A DNA stretch of 63,069 nucleotides, counting the filler, from Folioceros fuciformis (taxonomy: Eukaryota), in assembly GCA_049999805.1 (NCBI GenBank). It is 10 parts of 10 records of this genome, joined end to end, with 100 filler letters (N's around TTAATTAATTAA, not from the genome) between each part and the next. Parts side by side here need not be neighbours in the genome. Positions count along the whole stretch, not along the records: positions 4,149 to 12,315 come from JBNGIO010003662.1; positions 12,416 to 17,794 come from JBNGIO010003665.1; positions 17,895 to 20,375 come from JBNGIO010003666.1; positions 20,476 to 29,092 come from JBNGIO010003667.1; 6 more parts are not named here. One strand, 5' to 3'. A program made the position numbers and the translations under genes. Shown here in pieces: positions 11,365-24,519 of the stretch. Below the pieces are notes generated by a model that saw nothing but the letters and a program-made list of their open reading frames with translations, had not been told where the DNA came from and made no database searches. The stretch's first letter is position 1, and every line of letters starts with the position of its first letter.

Positions 11365-11577
11365 GAAAGTCAGTTTGCATTGAAGGGAGAGGGTGCCGGC
11401 CAGCCGGCGTCATCGCACCTCAATGCAAACTGACTTTCCTGTTTTCATGGCTTGACTATGAGATGATAGAGGGCGTCAGCCGACCGGCGCCATCGCACCT
11501 CAATGTAAATTGACTTTCTTGTTTTCATGGCTTGATTGTGGGACGATAGAGGGCGCCGGCTGGCCGGCGCCCTCTCC
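11365..11577. repeat. ~80-bp tandem units with GC palindromic cores and a 19-bp perfect inverted repeat
   Basis: gaaagtcagtttgcattga (11365-11383) is the reverse complement of 11420-11438; core agagggcgccggc-tg-gccggcgccctct. Confidence 0.8.
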
Positions 11578-12487
11578 CTACAAATGAACACACATAAGGT
11601 GGAAGGATGGGTGCATAAATTTTTATTGAATGCATTGGAGAATGTCTTGGAGTGTACAATTCATACTTACAAAACAGAACATCTAACCAAAGAATCCTAT
11701 ACTATATCTATCATAGTCCATGACATAATGTTCTGCAGCCTCAAAGTCAAACACAACAACAACATTCTACAATCATGCTTCGCTTGAACAACAAAGAACA
11801 CAATAAATTTGTAAGGAGGGGGAATATGCATGAAGGGTGGCAAACGTATGATATTCTTCTACTATTGAGGTCGACCATGATGTCATTTTTGGCTTTTTCC
11901 CACCTTTGTCCGAAAGGGAGGCCGGAAAACAAGGTCAGTCGAAGTGGTAGGACAACTAATTTCATCACACGTAGTATTCATGCATGGTTGGTGATTTGTG
12001 AGCAATGACTGAGAATGCTTGTTTTAAGCCCATGTGGCAGACCATGCATGCCAGTCATCCTGATTTCAAACAATAGGGAAAAGTGTTATAGCGGGGGTGG
12101 GAACCATTCTTCTCATGACTCGAATCTCAAACAACAGTGTGCATTGTATTTTGCGTTAAGATTATATGTGGTAAAAAACATCACCTTCCACGATCAAGTC
12201 TCCTGTTGAAGAGAAAGGTCTCTCAGACTGCTCACAGTTCTAGACACTACAAAGTCTCTTTTATGCTGAACCCATGGTCTATGAGGACACGGGTTGGGGT
12301 GTATGTGTCAACCGGNNNNNNNNNNNNNNNNNNNNNNNNNNNNNNNNNNNNNNNNNNNNTTAATTAATTAANNNNNNNNNNNNNNNNNNNNNNNNNNNNN
12401 NNNNNNNNNNNNNNNTCATAACCCCACTGGCCTCACAGTAGACTACAGAGACCTAAAACACGAGCGCGAAATCGCGGGAAAGCGCAC

Positions 12488-12714
12488 CGGAACGAAACAA
12501 CTGGCCCAACTTCCTCACAGATTTGAATAAGCTGCTCCTCTGTGGCATCATACGGGATGTTCCCAACTGCAAATTTGGAGCAAGCAAGGGGAGGGTTAAC
12601 AGGTGCAGAACCCCGCGGCCGGGAGGCTGTGCTATAAAGGACCAAGAGGAGGAACATGTCGTAGCGTGGCGTACCGAAAACACAGCGAGTTGCACGAGGT
12701 TGATTGCTGCTCAT
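12488..12714 (-). CDS. CSTF64: Cleavage stimulation factor 64 kDa-like RRM protein, exons 1-2 only (scaffold ends)
   Basis: [40 protein letters not shown], the CstF64 RRM start with GT-AG introns. Confidence 0.88.
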
Positions 12715-13834
12715 GGCTTGAGAATCAGCTGCGGGGCTCGGATGCTGCTCATGTCGTTGCTGCACTACACGGTTGCCCGCCTGCGGGTCAGGACAGGGCA
12801 CGGAGACACAGCGCTCACGCCGGCGAGGGACGCCATTGCACCTTCGATGGTATTCTGAGGTTCTCAGGGGCCCTGGGGTGCACGGTTGGTTCGATGGCAA
12901 CACTCATTAACACCGGTTTTATCAGGACTTCGTGCGGCGTCTTTTCAAAACACGACACGTAAGACGACACCGAGACGCTGGGCTTTTACTAGGTATGAGC
13001 CCTGCGAATCGTGAATGATAGCTCCTTTAATATTTAGTTACAATCATCCGACGTGCCACAGGCGCTAAGAGCAAAGGCTAAAGTGCGCGAGCAGGTCTCC
13101 TGCTTCTCCAGGGAAGAAGTCTGTCTTCTTCAAGGAAGCTTTGCCGCAATACCGCACACCCAGCCAGCTACACCTCACACACATGAAGCTATCAAATTCG
13201 AATACCCCGCTCACCTGTGGCGCGACGGGAACCGGTGTCGACTTCCTTCCCCATTGTCGCGCTTGTGGACTGTCTGTTCAACAATGACACCATCAGCAAC
13301 TGTGACAACTAAGCCTCTTGGCATCATTAAGTTGTCACCCGCAAACCAATTCTACAGCACATCAACACGTCAGGTGTCTACACGTCGAACGAAATAGCGC
13401 GCATAGTGATGAGCTTACCAACAAACAGGCGACAACCCTGTTGACTACGGAACTGCAGACGAACAATGACCGAAGACAACGGGGCCAGTTCCTGAAACCA
13501 TGTATATGAAGCACACGAAAAAAACGTACGTAGGGTTAAGCAATTGTGGAGCATATATAGCACATACAGGACATATATATACTGGGTAACTAAGTAGGAG
13601 ACTGCTCCTTGAATATCCATCAGATTGTGAACAACCCGAGTAGAAACTTACGTTCTAGATTTTTGTCAATTTGGAAGGCTTGAGACCACACCATCATGGT
13701 GCCCGCGCTGAGTCACTCACATAGCCTGGATGCCNNNNNNNNNNNNNNNNNNNNNNNNNNNNNNNNNNNNNNNNNNNNNNNNNNNNNNNNNNNNNNNNNN
13801 NNNNNNNNNNNNNNNNNNNNNNNNNNNNNNNNNN

Positions 13835-16063
13835 CGGAGGCCTGAAAAAACAAAATTTGGCAACAAGACAGAAAGAAAGAACCGTGTTGAACAGAAGCAG
13901 ATAAGATGACGTCACCCTATGGTCATGGCATGCAGACAAGGTCTCTCAAGGCGCGACAGGAGTTGTCGAGCTTTCCCATGCTGCGCTGAAGGTAGGTGGG
14001 GAATCAGTCGTGAGAGAGCAGCACCTGAAGTGCCTCCATACGTTTCATCACCGAGGATGGGGTTTCCAAGATGCTGAGCGTGGACACGGATCTGTATGCC
14101 CGTCCACGTCGGTGATGGAGAAACAGAAGAGTACGCCAGAATGAAGAAATGACAGAAACCACATGATAGAAATTACCTGATGCGTGCGCCCTGTTTCCAG
14201 CTTCCATTCAATTAGGGCAGAGCCACCATCTACAAGAACCTCAACCACACGATATCTGCCAAACAAATCATAGGGACTTCTTGGACCTCAGAGAGCTGGC
14301 CAAAAACAGTAGCTGGACTTTGACCATGAGGATTGCAATGTGGACTGCCTGGCAGTTGACAAGAAACTGTGGTTGACTTCCGACCATGCACATAGCAATG
14401 CAGACTACCTGGCATTAACTCAAGACAAATGGCCATGAGCTCAGATGTGATTGTCACCTCATATGTCAAGAGACATCAGCAACTTAGTACGACAAAAAAC
14501 ATCATCGCCCAGCCCGTAAGGTCAGAAGCAATTTGCGAGCCCAACAAGTGCCTCAGTCTATTGAACCAGAGACCAGCAAGCTTCAAGAGCAACTGCTACT
14601 GAAAGCCTGGTGCAAAGGTGTAACCGATGACCTCTTGGATTAGGTTGAGACAGTCAGAATCTGAGATGAGGGGCACTAACGGCAGACAGTTCAGGTCAAA
14701 AGGAGTAAGAAATGCATGAACACTGCCCAGATTCAGAGTAGCATCAACAGCATACCACGTACTGCACAGAAGAATTCAATACCTGCTTGCAGCAAATCGA
14801 GCGACAGTGCTTCCACCTGGTCTAAGAATTGCAGCCATGCGTTTGCGGTCCCGCACATCACGGCCAATCGGTACTTCAATCCGACCGGCAGAGATGCGGG
14901 GCACTCCACAACAAATACTGACATAAGTTCTAGAGACTTCACGTGCCTTGAACTGCTCACACAGCTGTACGTGAGAGTGATCATCCTGGAAACAAACAAA
15001 CAACTCACTGGAGTCAGAAAATTCATGACTATCCTCGGGCGAATATTCACAATGACGGGAAGTCAGAGCACACCTTTGCAATCACCAAAAGGCCGCTCGT
15101 GCCTTTGTCAAGTCTATGGACAATGCCAGGTCTTATGACTGGCAAGACGCCATTCAAAGCCTCAACCACACCCCCACCTTCAACCAGGTCGTCGCCATCC
15201 ATCAGGCTGTCATCTTCATCCAGTTCCTCAGCGCCCAACAACCCAAGCGCAGCTCGAGACGCCGACCCGCTGGAATATTGCATGGCAGGCAGGCCGCAAT
15301 GGTGCAGAAGGGCGTTCACCAAAGTCCCCCCAGAATGTCCAGGCGCTGGGTGAACCACCTGCCACGGCATCACAACGGAACACCATGAGGTCTCTTCTCC
15401 ACCGAAAACACACCAAAAAGCACATGCCCAACCCAACCCAACCCAGAGGAACTAAGGATATCAGATCCGCTAACCTCTCACCATGTGAGCAGGCTTATTG
15501 ACGACGAGAAGATGTTCATCCTCAAAGACGATGTCCAGAGGAATGTCTTCAGGATCAGCTTTAAGGGAGGGGGCTAGCAAGAGCCTGCACTGCACCCGGT
15601 CACCTCCCTTCACCGTGCGAGAAACCTGTAAACCCAGGACAATCAACATGAGGCAAAGCAGAATGCGTGGAACCCATGCTCCCTCCCAATTCACAGAATT
15701 GATTGCCTTAGTAGCAGGCTGCCCATTGACGACTGCAAGCCCATGCTTAATGCTGCCTTGCACTCGTGCCCTGCTCACTCGGGGAAGCTGCTCTGCCAAC
15801 CATGTGTCCAGCCGCAGCTTGCTGGTGCCAACAGCCACAGTACCTGAGAAGTCACAGCCGCCGCCGGCAGACAGCCCTTCGTCAATCGCAGCTGAACTTG
15901 CCTCCCCCTGTGCCCCGGGAGACGGAGTGGAGCCCACGCTCTTCCATCTACCGCCCCCGGAAACCACCAGAGGCTGCACTCTCAGACACAGTCGAGAAGC
16001 ATAAGACAGACGCCGCATTTCCAGCAGTGGTACCGGCCGGAGGAGAGGTCGCGCCATCGACAT
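13835..16063 (-). CDS. RluA/RluD-family RNA pseudouridine synthase with S4 domain (organellar); 3' end in gap
   Basis: RLDTWLAEQLPRVSRARVQGSIK, DIPLDIVFEDEHLLVVNKPAHM|VVHPAPGH, RPGIVHRLDKGTSGLLVIAK, LETGRTHQ|IRVH, PILGDETYG, RPCLHA. Confidence 0.92.
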
Positions 16064-16707
16064 ATCCAAGGTTGCATGGGTGTAGCGGCCTTTGACAGGG
16101 GAGACAAGTCGATGAACCCTAGATAAGCCACGTATCAAATGCACATTTGGCCTTCCCGAGTCGATTGCAAAAGACAAGGAAGAAGTTTATCTATTGAGCC
16201 TAAAAACTATCTCCATGAATAGAGCCATATCGTCAATAGCAAATTTGTTGTCAACTTAGATACCAATAGAGATGCCATATCTAAAGTTGACCATGAAATA
16301 AGAAAGAAAAGACCCACAGTATGCTTATAAGCATGGTTTATCGGTCAAGAAATTTATCCAAGTCCTTTCATATGACTCCATACCTTTCAAACTCTTATGT
16401 GTGATTCTTGAGAACCATAACTTTAGTTGCTACCCAACCACGGGATTAGAGTTTGATATAATATGTGCATTTTATTTGTCGAGTTCAATTCATTGCAAGT
16501 TAAGGTCTATATATGTGTGTTTGAGTAGTATTAGTAAAAAGTTTAAGAGAAATAGTTATATAAGCATCTAACAAATCGTCTTCACACCTTTTGAAACAGC
16601 GTGTGTATTCTTCTACTTCCAATTTAGCTCTAGCTTGTTAAGTACAAGGTTGACATACACTCCATAGTGCTAGTTTTGTTATAGCTTGTGACTTACAAAT
16701 TTGCACT

Positions 16708-17121
16708 ATGTCTGAGGCCACATCCACACAACAAGATTGTAGTATCTCCCTTAATCTTATGGACGAAAAAGTTGGTTTCCTTACGAGACTATCATCATGC
16801 AGTCATATGTTTCACACAAGTTGCATAAGAAGGTGGGCAATTCTTCCAGGAAGTAGGTGCCCTCTTTGTAGAGGAATATTGGATGAGCACCTTTCATCAA
16901 AACCTACTCCTGAAGAGTTCTTGCAACACATACATTTGTCATTAGTTGATCATTGGGAACTAGTATTGTCTGCCACACCCCACGGTGTGGCAAGAGTCGT
17001 CCCAAGAGAACGAAAGGTGGTCACATCTAGGAGAAGGAATACATTGGGAACTAGTATTGTCTGTCACACCCCACGGTGTGGCAAGAGTCGTCCTAAGAGA
17101 ACGAATGGTGTTCACATCTAG
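16708..17121 (+). CDS. Intronless RING-H2-like ORF with a degenerate second ligand (possibly pseudogene)
   Basis: CSISL..CSHMFHTSCIRRW..CPLCR; the second Cys is replaced by Ser, and the C-terminus is built from tandem duplications. Confidence 0.6.
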   Translation: MSEATSTQQDCSISLNLMDEKVGFLTRLSSCSHMFHTSCIRRWAILPGSRCPLCRGILDEHLSSKPTPEEFLQHIHLSLVDHWELVLSATPHGVARVVPRERKVVTSRRRNTLGTSIVCHTPRCGKSRPKRTNGVHI

Positions 17122-17190
17122 GAGAAGGAATAGAGGTCTCGTCCTAAGAGAACGAACGGTGTTCACATCTAGGAGAAGAAATAGAGGTCG
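16951..17190. repeat. 91-bp tandem duplication plus partial third copy
   Basis: cattgggaactagtattgtctg at 16951 and 17042; tcgtcctaagagaacga recurs near 17139. Confidence 0.88.
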
Positions 17191-17894
17191 TATCTAGAGA
17201 AAACAGACAATTGATCACAAATTCTACCCTAAGGGTTCAATCTTGAACAAGTGACTTTTGGTGGTTGATGAGTATTTGAACAAAGCAAGGGTTTAACTTG
17301 ATTAGCCACAATGCAAGTTGTCTAGAACTTGTTGCTTAAGATCTTATTGCCCAAAACAAGGTGCTTAGTTGTCATCAAGCTTTGCATAATGAGATTTAAG
17401 AGTAAATAAAGTTACATTCTTTAATACAATTTAGTGTGTTTTTACTTTTAGATTTATGGTTATAACAATAATATTTTTTTATTCAAAGAGCATATTCATG
17501 ATCAATCAATAAGGTAATATAATTTTTTTAATTAAAATAAGAGTTTAATATATGCAATTCAAGTAGTTCAAAGATAAATTAAGCTAAAAAAAACACCACA
17601 TAATGAAGAGTTGTTAGCATATATCACTAAGAACTATACATCGTTTAACGGAACTAAATCTCCAATAAAATTTCAAATACCTTATCTAGACGGAGAAGCC
17701 GAGCGCCGTTACGTTGCGATGGTGCACATTCGGTACCGTTGTTCCCACAAAACTCATAGCTCGTATGACAATTTGGATCAGTGGCCTGCTTCGGNNNNNN
17801 NNNNNNNNNNNNNNNNNNNNNNNNNNNNNNNNNNNNNNTTAATTAATTAANNNNNNNNNNNNNNNNNNNNNNNNNNNNNNNNNNNNNNNNNNNN

Positions 17895-18260
17895 GATGGG
17901 GACTCGGAACAGGCCAAGTTGCTTGCCCTGGCTGACGCCGCAGCAAGAGCCCTGGCGGCCAGTGAACACCACCACTTCCAGGAAGCGGGCGGTAGGCATG
18001 CACCGCCCACCGGACAGCAGCTTCTTCAGCGCGGGCTCGTCGAGATGGAAGCTGGCGGCCACATTGTGAACATCGGGATCTTGCACTCCGGGGGCCACCA
18101 ACGGCAAGGCGGCCGTCTGCGCGGGAAAATTCGGCAAGCGAACCTCGCAGTAACAGGGGGAAGAAGCCGAATGCACTCCCGCGCCGGCAGCCCTGCTCGC
18201 CACGGGTATCCTCAGCCCTAGTCCGGTAACGCAGACGCGAATGAACGCCCGCGCCTCCAT
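17895..18260 (-). CDS. DUF1005 family plant protein, 5' part (scaffold ends)
   Basis: AFIRVCVTGLGLRIP..HSASSPCYCEVRLPNFPAQTAALPL..AASFHLD..LEVVVFTGRQGSCCGV..GKQLG resembles the DUF1005 N-terminus. Confidence 0.8.
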
Positions 18261-20475
18261 AGCCGCCGATTCCTGAGCTCCACAACCTCACCTCCTCCGC
18301 CCGCGCACCATTCCTGCCTGTTCTGTGTTAGGTCGCTCTCCTGCGCCGCCCAAGACGCAATGCCACACCCAGCTACAGACCCACCGAAGCCTCCTCTCCT
18401 CCGCCTCCTCCACCACCGCGTCGCCTCTACCTCGCTTGCCCGACAACACCTCTCCGTCGCCCGCCTTCCCAGACTCAGCTTAACTGCTCCGAATGCTTGA
18501 ATCCCANNNNNNNNNNNNNNNNNNNNNNNNNNNNNNNNNNNNNNNNNNNNNNNNNNNNNNNNNNNNNNNNNNNNNNNNNNNNNNNNNNNNNNNNNNNNNN
18601 NNNNNNGGCCCCACGGCGATGCGCGACAGCAGCCTCCAGCGGGACCAGGTCAGGAAGAGGAAAGCGGATGACGAACAGGCCAAGACATGCTAGCTGTCTC
18701 CCAGCAGGACCCGCCCTGTCTGCTGGGACACACAAGAGCTTCCCGAGGGGGGTGGTACTGTACAGACAGCAGGCAGGCAGGCGGGCGTATCCTATACCAT
18801 CGTACAGTACCGGACCCGTCTCTCCCTCCCCATCATCCAGCGCATAGAGGAGGCCAGGCAGACAGACGTCAGACTTCCACTCCACCGTGAGCTGCCATGA
18901 ATGCGGCAACGAGCAACCAGCTCCAGCTCGGACACCGGAGGTGGGTTTCCGCTGGTGTCCAGTCCTTCCTCCCCACATCACTATCCCCGCCAACCAGCCA
19001 CCCCGCCAGCCGAGCATCCACACAGATACACGCTCGCCCTTCCATTCCCAGCGCCGCAACCCTCCCATACGTCACCGCCTCATTGGGCTCCACATGCAGA
19101 TCGATCATCGCATCCAGCTCCTCGCACGCAATTTGAGCTCCCCGACGGCGCCCGCCTAAGCAACAGCTCTACAACTCCCCCGGCCTCCACCGCACCACCT
19201 CACACTTCACGGCCACGCTAGCCCTGCCGCATTTCCGCCCCCAGAGCCCCTCTTCCCGCCCGGGCAAGAGCTTCCGTTTCGGGAAACGCAATCGCGCGCG
19301 ATTCATGCGCACTTCTAGCCTGGGCGCGGAGCCACGTGCCGCTCACGGACTCTGCTGGCGCCAGCCTGTGCATCCACACAGGACCATCTCGCCGGCCCGG
19401 GGCCCTCCCGCCGGCGCCATGGGATCAGACCCCGCCCGGGACCACCATGCATTCTTTCCCATTCCCATCTCCAGTCCCCCCATCCATGCTGCATGGCCGC
19501 ATGTGAGCCTCGCATGGCCGTACGTCTGACAGCCTGGTGGACTACTCTACTGTTCACCGGCGTTTCGAAACGGGACCGGATATCCCGGGCCGGCCTCGAA
19601 CGGGGGCCCAGGAAAGACATCCCGCAGCCCGCTCTCCCGTCCCGTCCCGTCTCATCTCCCGGTCACCCCTCCCCTAACAGGCCTCCTATCCTCCTCCTGG
19701 ATCCCCATCTAGTTATCCGTACTATTCAAACAGGACTGTTCTGACACCAACGGACTCGGCGCCTGACAGTTCTGACATCCCGGGCATCTAGGCCTGACTT
19801 CGGCGGGACCCAGGCCCGGCTACTCTAACCCATAGGTACGCTACCCGGGGCCTGGGCTGGCATGCACTACCAATGGCGTGTTCCGCCGGCTGGACGTTAC
19901 GGGGCCACCGGCCACCCGCTCCGCAACAAGCCTTCCTACTGGGAGCCTATTCATCCTCCACTACGCGGTGACTCACAGCCTGGGTGAACGGTACAGGTCA
20001 CCCTGCTCGACCGTATCCCGTCGCAGGTCGCGGAAACGTGCGGCTTGCAGGCGCTTAAATTTGACGACGCGGACTGGTGAAGAGCTCCAGCCTGCCTCCA
20101 GGACAGGCTCAGGCCCGGGCCGGGCCGACCCAATGCAAGCAGGCGAGGCGGATGGATGGATGGACGGCTGTGCGGTTTCGACTTCCAACCTCGCCTTGGG
20201 AACAGAGCATATAATATCCCTGCATCGCACGCTTTCAGAAGACCAATGCCAGCCTCACAATCCAAGACAAGCTCCTCTGGAACTGAACCTAGTCACCCAT
20301 TTACTCAAGCCATGCCAAGCCAAGACAGAACCTTCGCTTCAACGGAACTGGACCCATGGAAGCCCACCCAGAAGCNNNNNNNNNNNNNNNNNNNNNNNNN
20401 NNNNNNNNNNNNNNNNNNNTTAATTAATTAANNNNNNNNNNNNNNNNNNNNNNNNNNNNNNNNNNNNNNNNNNNN

Positions 20476-21971
20476 CGGCATCAGTGGCGCTCCGCAGGAT
20501 AACAACATCATGCTCTGGAATGCTGTCATCTTCGGGTGAGTGCGCCGCTGGTAGCCCTGGCTTGCCGCCTGCGTGCTTGGCTGCAGGAGGTTGTCCCAGA
20601 TGCGTGGCTTCTCAGATTCGTGCACCGTAGCTGCTCTTGTCCTATTACGTCTGCAAGAAAGAGAGAGAAAGAGCGCGGGTGGAGGTCACTTATGTCCCGT
20701 GCACTCTGCCAGCCGGAGTAGTCGTTATGTCGCAGCAGTGCTCCGTATATAGCATTCTACGTGGTTTAGGGAACGCGGCCGTGAAATGTTTGCTCATGCC
20801 AAGTCTGAGCGGCGTTTGTCCATGGCACTTCGACGTTGCTCTTATGCTTGGATTGGTATGCTGATCCCGGTCACTTGCCGCGTCCCCATAGTGTTCCGTT
20901 GCTGAGCTATTTGTTTGGTTTGTTTTTGCAGGCCTGATGACACTCCTTGGGATGGCGGTGAGTGGTGTGAGATTATCGTCAGGGAACCTTTTTTTTTAAT
21001 TTTTTTTTGTCTGACCCCGGCATTCCACTCGTCCCCGCTGCGGTTTTTTGTCCTCACGGCTCCTGTGTGTGGAGGTGCTACTTGCAGGAACGTTTAAGTT
21101 GACGTTGCAGTTCACAGAGGACTACCCTAACAAGCCTCCCACAGTACGCTTTGTTTCCAAGATGTTCCACCCTAATAGTGAGTTCCCGATCTTCAGTCCA
21201 ATCCGTCGTCGATTATGTATGGACAACCTTTTGTTGTACGTGCTCTCGCCTTCGCCAGCCGTTCACAAAATGAGGGTTCACTAGTTTCATGGTGACTGAT
21301 GTAGATATGTGCTTTATTGCATCATATTGCGAAATGTCTCTAGACTCGGAGTTTTTGGTAGAGGAATTGGTGTTTTTGGCTTCGTATGTTTTCAACCTAT
21401 GCAAACGAGAGTTTTGTTGGCATGTTCTTAACAACTTGATCTTAATAGATGCTCATGCTGGTTGTTGAAGACTACACTTATGCATCTTGCTTTTTTCTTT
21501 TTCTCGTTTTGCCTCCTTTCTCCTTGCTGTAGAGGATGGGAGTGCTAGACATGTTGAATCTGTGTGTTCTTGTTGGATAGTCTACGCAGACGGAAGCATT
21601 TGTCTTGATATCTTGCAAAATCAGTGGAGCCCGATCTATGATGTCGCAGCTATACTCACCTCCATCCAGGTCAGTCTTGCATATGTGATGTCCATGGCCG
21701 CAGCTCCTTGACGTATTCGTTGTTACCACCTGATACACTTCTATGCATCTTTTTGCTGCCTTTTTGTTCGGTTTTCTTTGCCACGCAAATTAGAGCTGAT
21801 CCTAGGGGTGAACTATTGCGCTAATCTGTGTCGTTCCTGCAGTCACTTCTGTGTGATCCAAACCCCAACTCGCCTGCGAACTCTGAAGCTGCCCGGATGT
21901 ACAGTGAAAACCGTAGAGAATACAATCGGAGGGTACGTGAGATTGTGGAGCAGAGCTGGACCGCAGAGTGA
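20476..21971 (+). CDS. UBC2: Ubiquitin-conjugating enzyme E2, RAD6/UBC1-2 type; 5' end missing
   Basis: [130 protein letters not shown]. Confidence 0.96.
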
Positions 21972-22674
21972 GAATATACTTCTGGCAGAGCCAGGCAGGA
22001 GGCACCAATGTTTTAGCTGGTTGTGAAGGTTAGCAGCTTGCTTGCTCGGGAGACTGTCCACTGGACTAGGTTACTCTGGAGCTCACCTGGTCCGGCTTAT
22101 CTCTCTGGAGTGTGGAATCTTTCTACTATATATTAGAATCGCAATCAATTCATGGAGCTTGGAGGTTGTGGTGGGAGGTTAGCTGCCCCGCGTGGGGTTT
22201 TGGGTTTTGGTCATGGAAGCGTGTGGCCAATAGTGTACCCCATCTTAGCGGTTTTGCATGTATGCAGGCGGTCCTTCTGTGGGTTTATGCTGTCGTGAAT
22301 TACTAGGGAGTTGGTTGTTTCTAGGGATTGGGAGGAGTAGCTTGACCTCTGTAATATTCTGCTGCAATATGCATGCATAAACGAGTCTTTCCCTCGTGGG
22401 TCTGAGACGCTTAGGAGGTTGTGGTAGTCGTTTTCTAGCAGAACGCTGTGTGGCGTTTGGACTGCTGGATTCTCGCATTTAACTCTTGTCCTGATTATGT
22501 ACAGAACTGTGATGGGAAGTAGACGTCAATTGATCGCCAGGTTTTGGCAGAACCCGCTGCTGGACTAGGATTTGAAGATTCCGTAAATCTTTCCAGTACT
22601 CGTTGATGTACATCACTATAGCTGGTTATTTCATTCTTAACACTCTTTGGACAAATGTTTTACAATCTTTCCTA

Positions 22675-24519
22675 CTAGGAAGAGCTGTGGACAAAGCTGA
22701 CACCTTTATGAATGCTCTCAAGCAATTCCTTCTCCGCCCCCTCCAATGCTTTTCTGCAGTCACGCAGATACATATCAACATGATTGGTCACCAGGCTGCA
22801 ATGCGTACCCCCTTTCAAATGCCGAGAGATGAAAAAGATTTACCTCTCATATTCGGTTAAGGGGCCGAGAGGCAAAAATTCCTCCACACCATTCCGCCCC
22901 AGTTTCACTCTCGACGCGAAGAAGGGCAGACCAGTGACCTGCAAGGTTCACGAGCAAAGGGATATGGGTTAGCTGCCACACAGCTTATTGTAGTCTCTAG
23001 TTTCACGGGACAGAAGAGGTAGCCACCTTGGAATCGACAAATGCACACTCCACCACCCCAGCCTCTCCACGCAAGGCCCGAAGACACGATTCCGCAAACT
23101 TTGCAGCTGCGTATGCCTGCAAATCGAGGGTGAGAAGAGCCATGTTTGCACCGACCCATCACAACTAATTCCACTGACATGCCCAAGGGGTTGGTGGGTC
23201 ATGTAGATTGCTCACCATAGATAGGGTTGCCGAGCCTGTTCCTGCCTTGGCCTAGAATGTATGCAAGAGAGTTAGTTTGCACAGCAATCATAGACCCACA
23301 AGCTTTACAGTCGACTGACAAATCTATGGGTGTCAGAAGAGTGGAAACCTCAACAACTTCCGTTCCACCATTTTGTATCCTGTTTGTTAGAAACGAGATC
23401 TCCTCCGGGCTGAAAGAAACTGGTGGCTTCACCTGTAAACGACTGGACACATCAGAAGCCCGCAACTCGCAAGCAGAACGGCAGATAGAGAACCCATGAA
23501 GGAAACATGGCAGCGGCGGAAGTCACCTGGGAAAGAAGAGGGAGGATGGTGATGCCAGCATGCCCGCCTACCACTGGCACATCAACTTCCCTAGGATCCA
23601 ATCCAACGACTTCTGCCTGATGCACAGAGGGCAAAATAAGAGGAGCACCCCAGAAGAGGCACGCCAGCAACAGGGAAATCGGCGAGTGAATTTCAACCCA
23701 CCACAAAAGTATTAGCCCTGACTACATCCAGCGTAGTCACACCGAAGAGACGCCGGGAGTCGTATGTTCCAGCCTTCTTGAACACCTCGGCAGCTATGGG
23801 GACTGTGGAGTTCACGGGATTGCTGATGATATTCACGATAGCCCTTGGACAGTACTGTGCCACACCCTCGCAAAGTGTCTTCACGATCCCAGCATTGATC
23901 TTGAACAAGTCATCCCTGGACATGCCAGGCTTCCTTGGAATTCCAGCTGGAATGACTACCAAGTCCATGTCCGCAAGAGCAGCGCCCAGCTGTTCTTGTC
24001 CAATAAAACCCCGAACCTGACTCACGAAAATGCATGCCGATGAGCAACTGTCCAGAGCACGCTTGATGCAGCGGAGGAAGGAATGCCCACCACTGTAGAG
24101 GTATTGATGTGACTCAGATCCGCCGTGACGCCAGGAGTGTTCATGACATCATAGAGATGCAGCACCGACACCAGCGGGTTCATTTTGAGCAGCAACGACA
24201 GGGGCTGACCGATGCCTCCCGCCGCTCCCAGAATGGCAACCTTGTACCCAGGAGCAGCCCCTTTGGACCGACAGCTCTCCATGCTCAGAATTGGGCTTCG
24301 CTGCCAAACAGTCAAGCCAAAATCAGCACGCAGAACAAGCACCCCAGTCCGAGAACCGAAAGCCCACAGAATTGGCGGGACGTACTCCTGGAGAAGGAGA
24401 TATATGTGCTGCAANNNNNNNNNNNNNNNNNNNNNNNNNNNNNNNNNNNNNNNNNNNNNNNNNNNNNNNNNNNNNNNNNNNNNNNNNNNNNNNNNNNNNN
24501 NNNNNNNNNNNNNNCACAT
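22675..24519 (-). CDS. PMDH: Peroxisomal/glyoxysomal NAD-malate dehydrogenase; start lies in or next to the N gap
   Basis: [96 protein letters not shown]-terminal [17 protein letters not shown]. Confidence 0.94.

Noticed and set aside
18607-19110. Short upstream ORFs 5' of the DUF1005 gene as conserved-peptide uORFs
   Set aside because: Transcript extent is unknown, a gap intervenes, and I recognise no conserved peptide.
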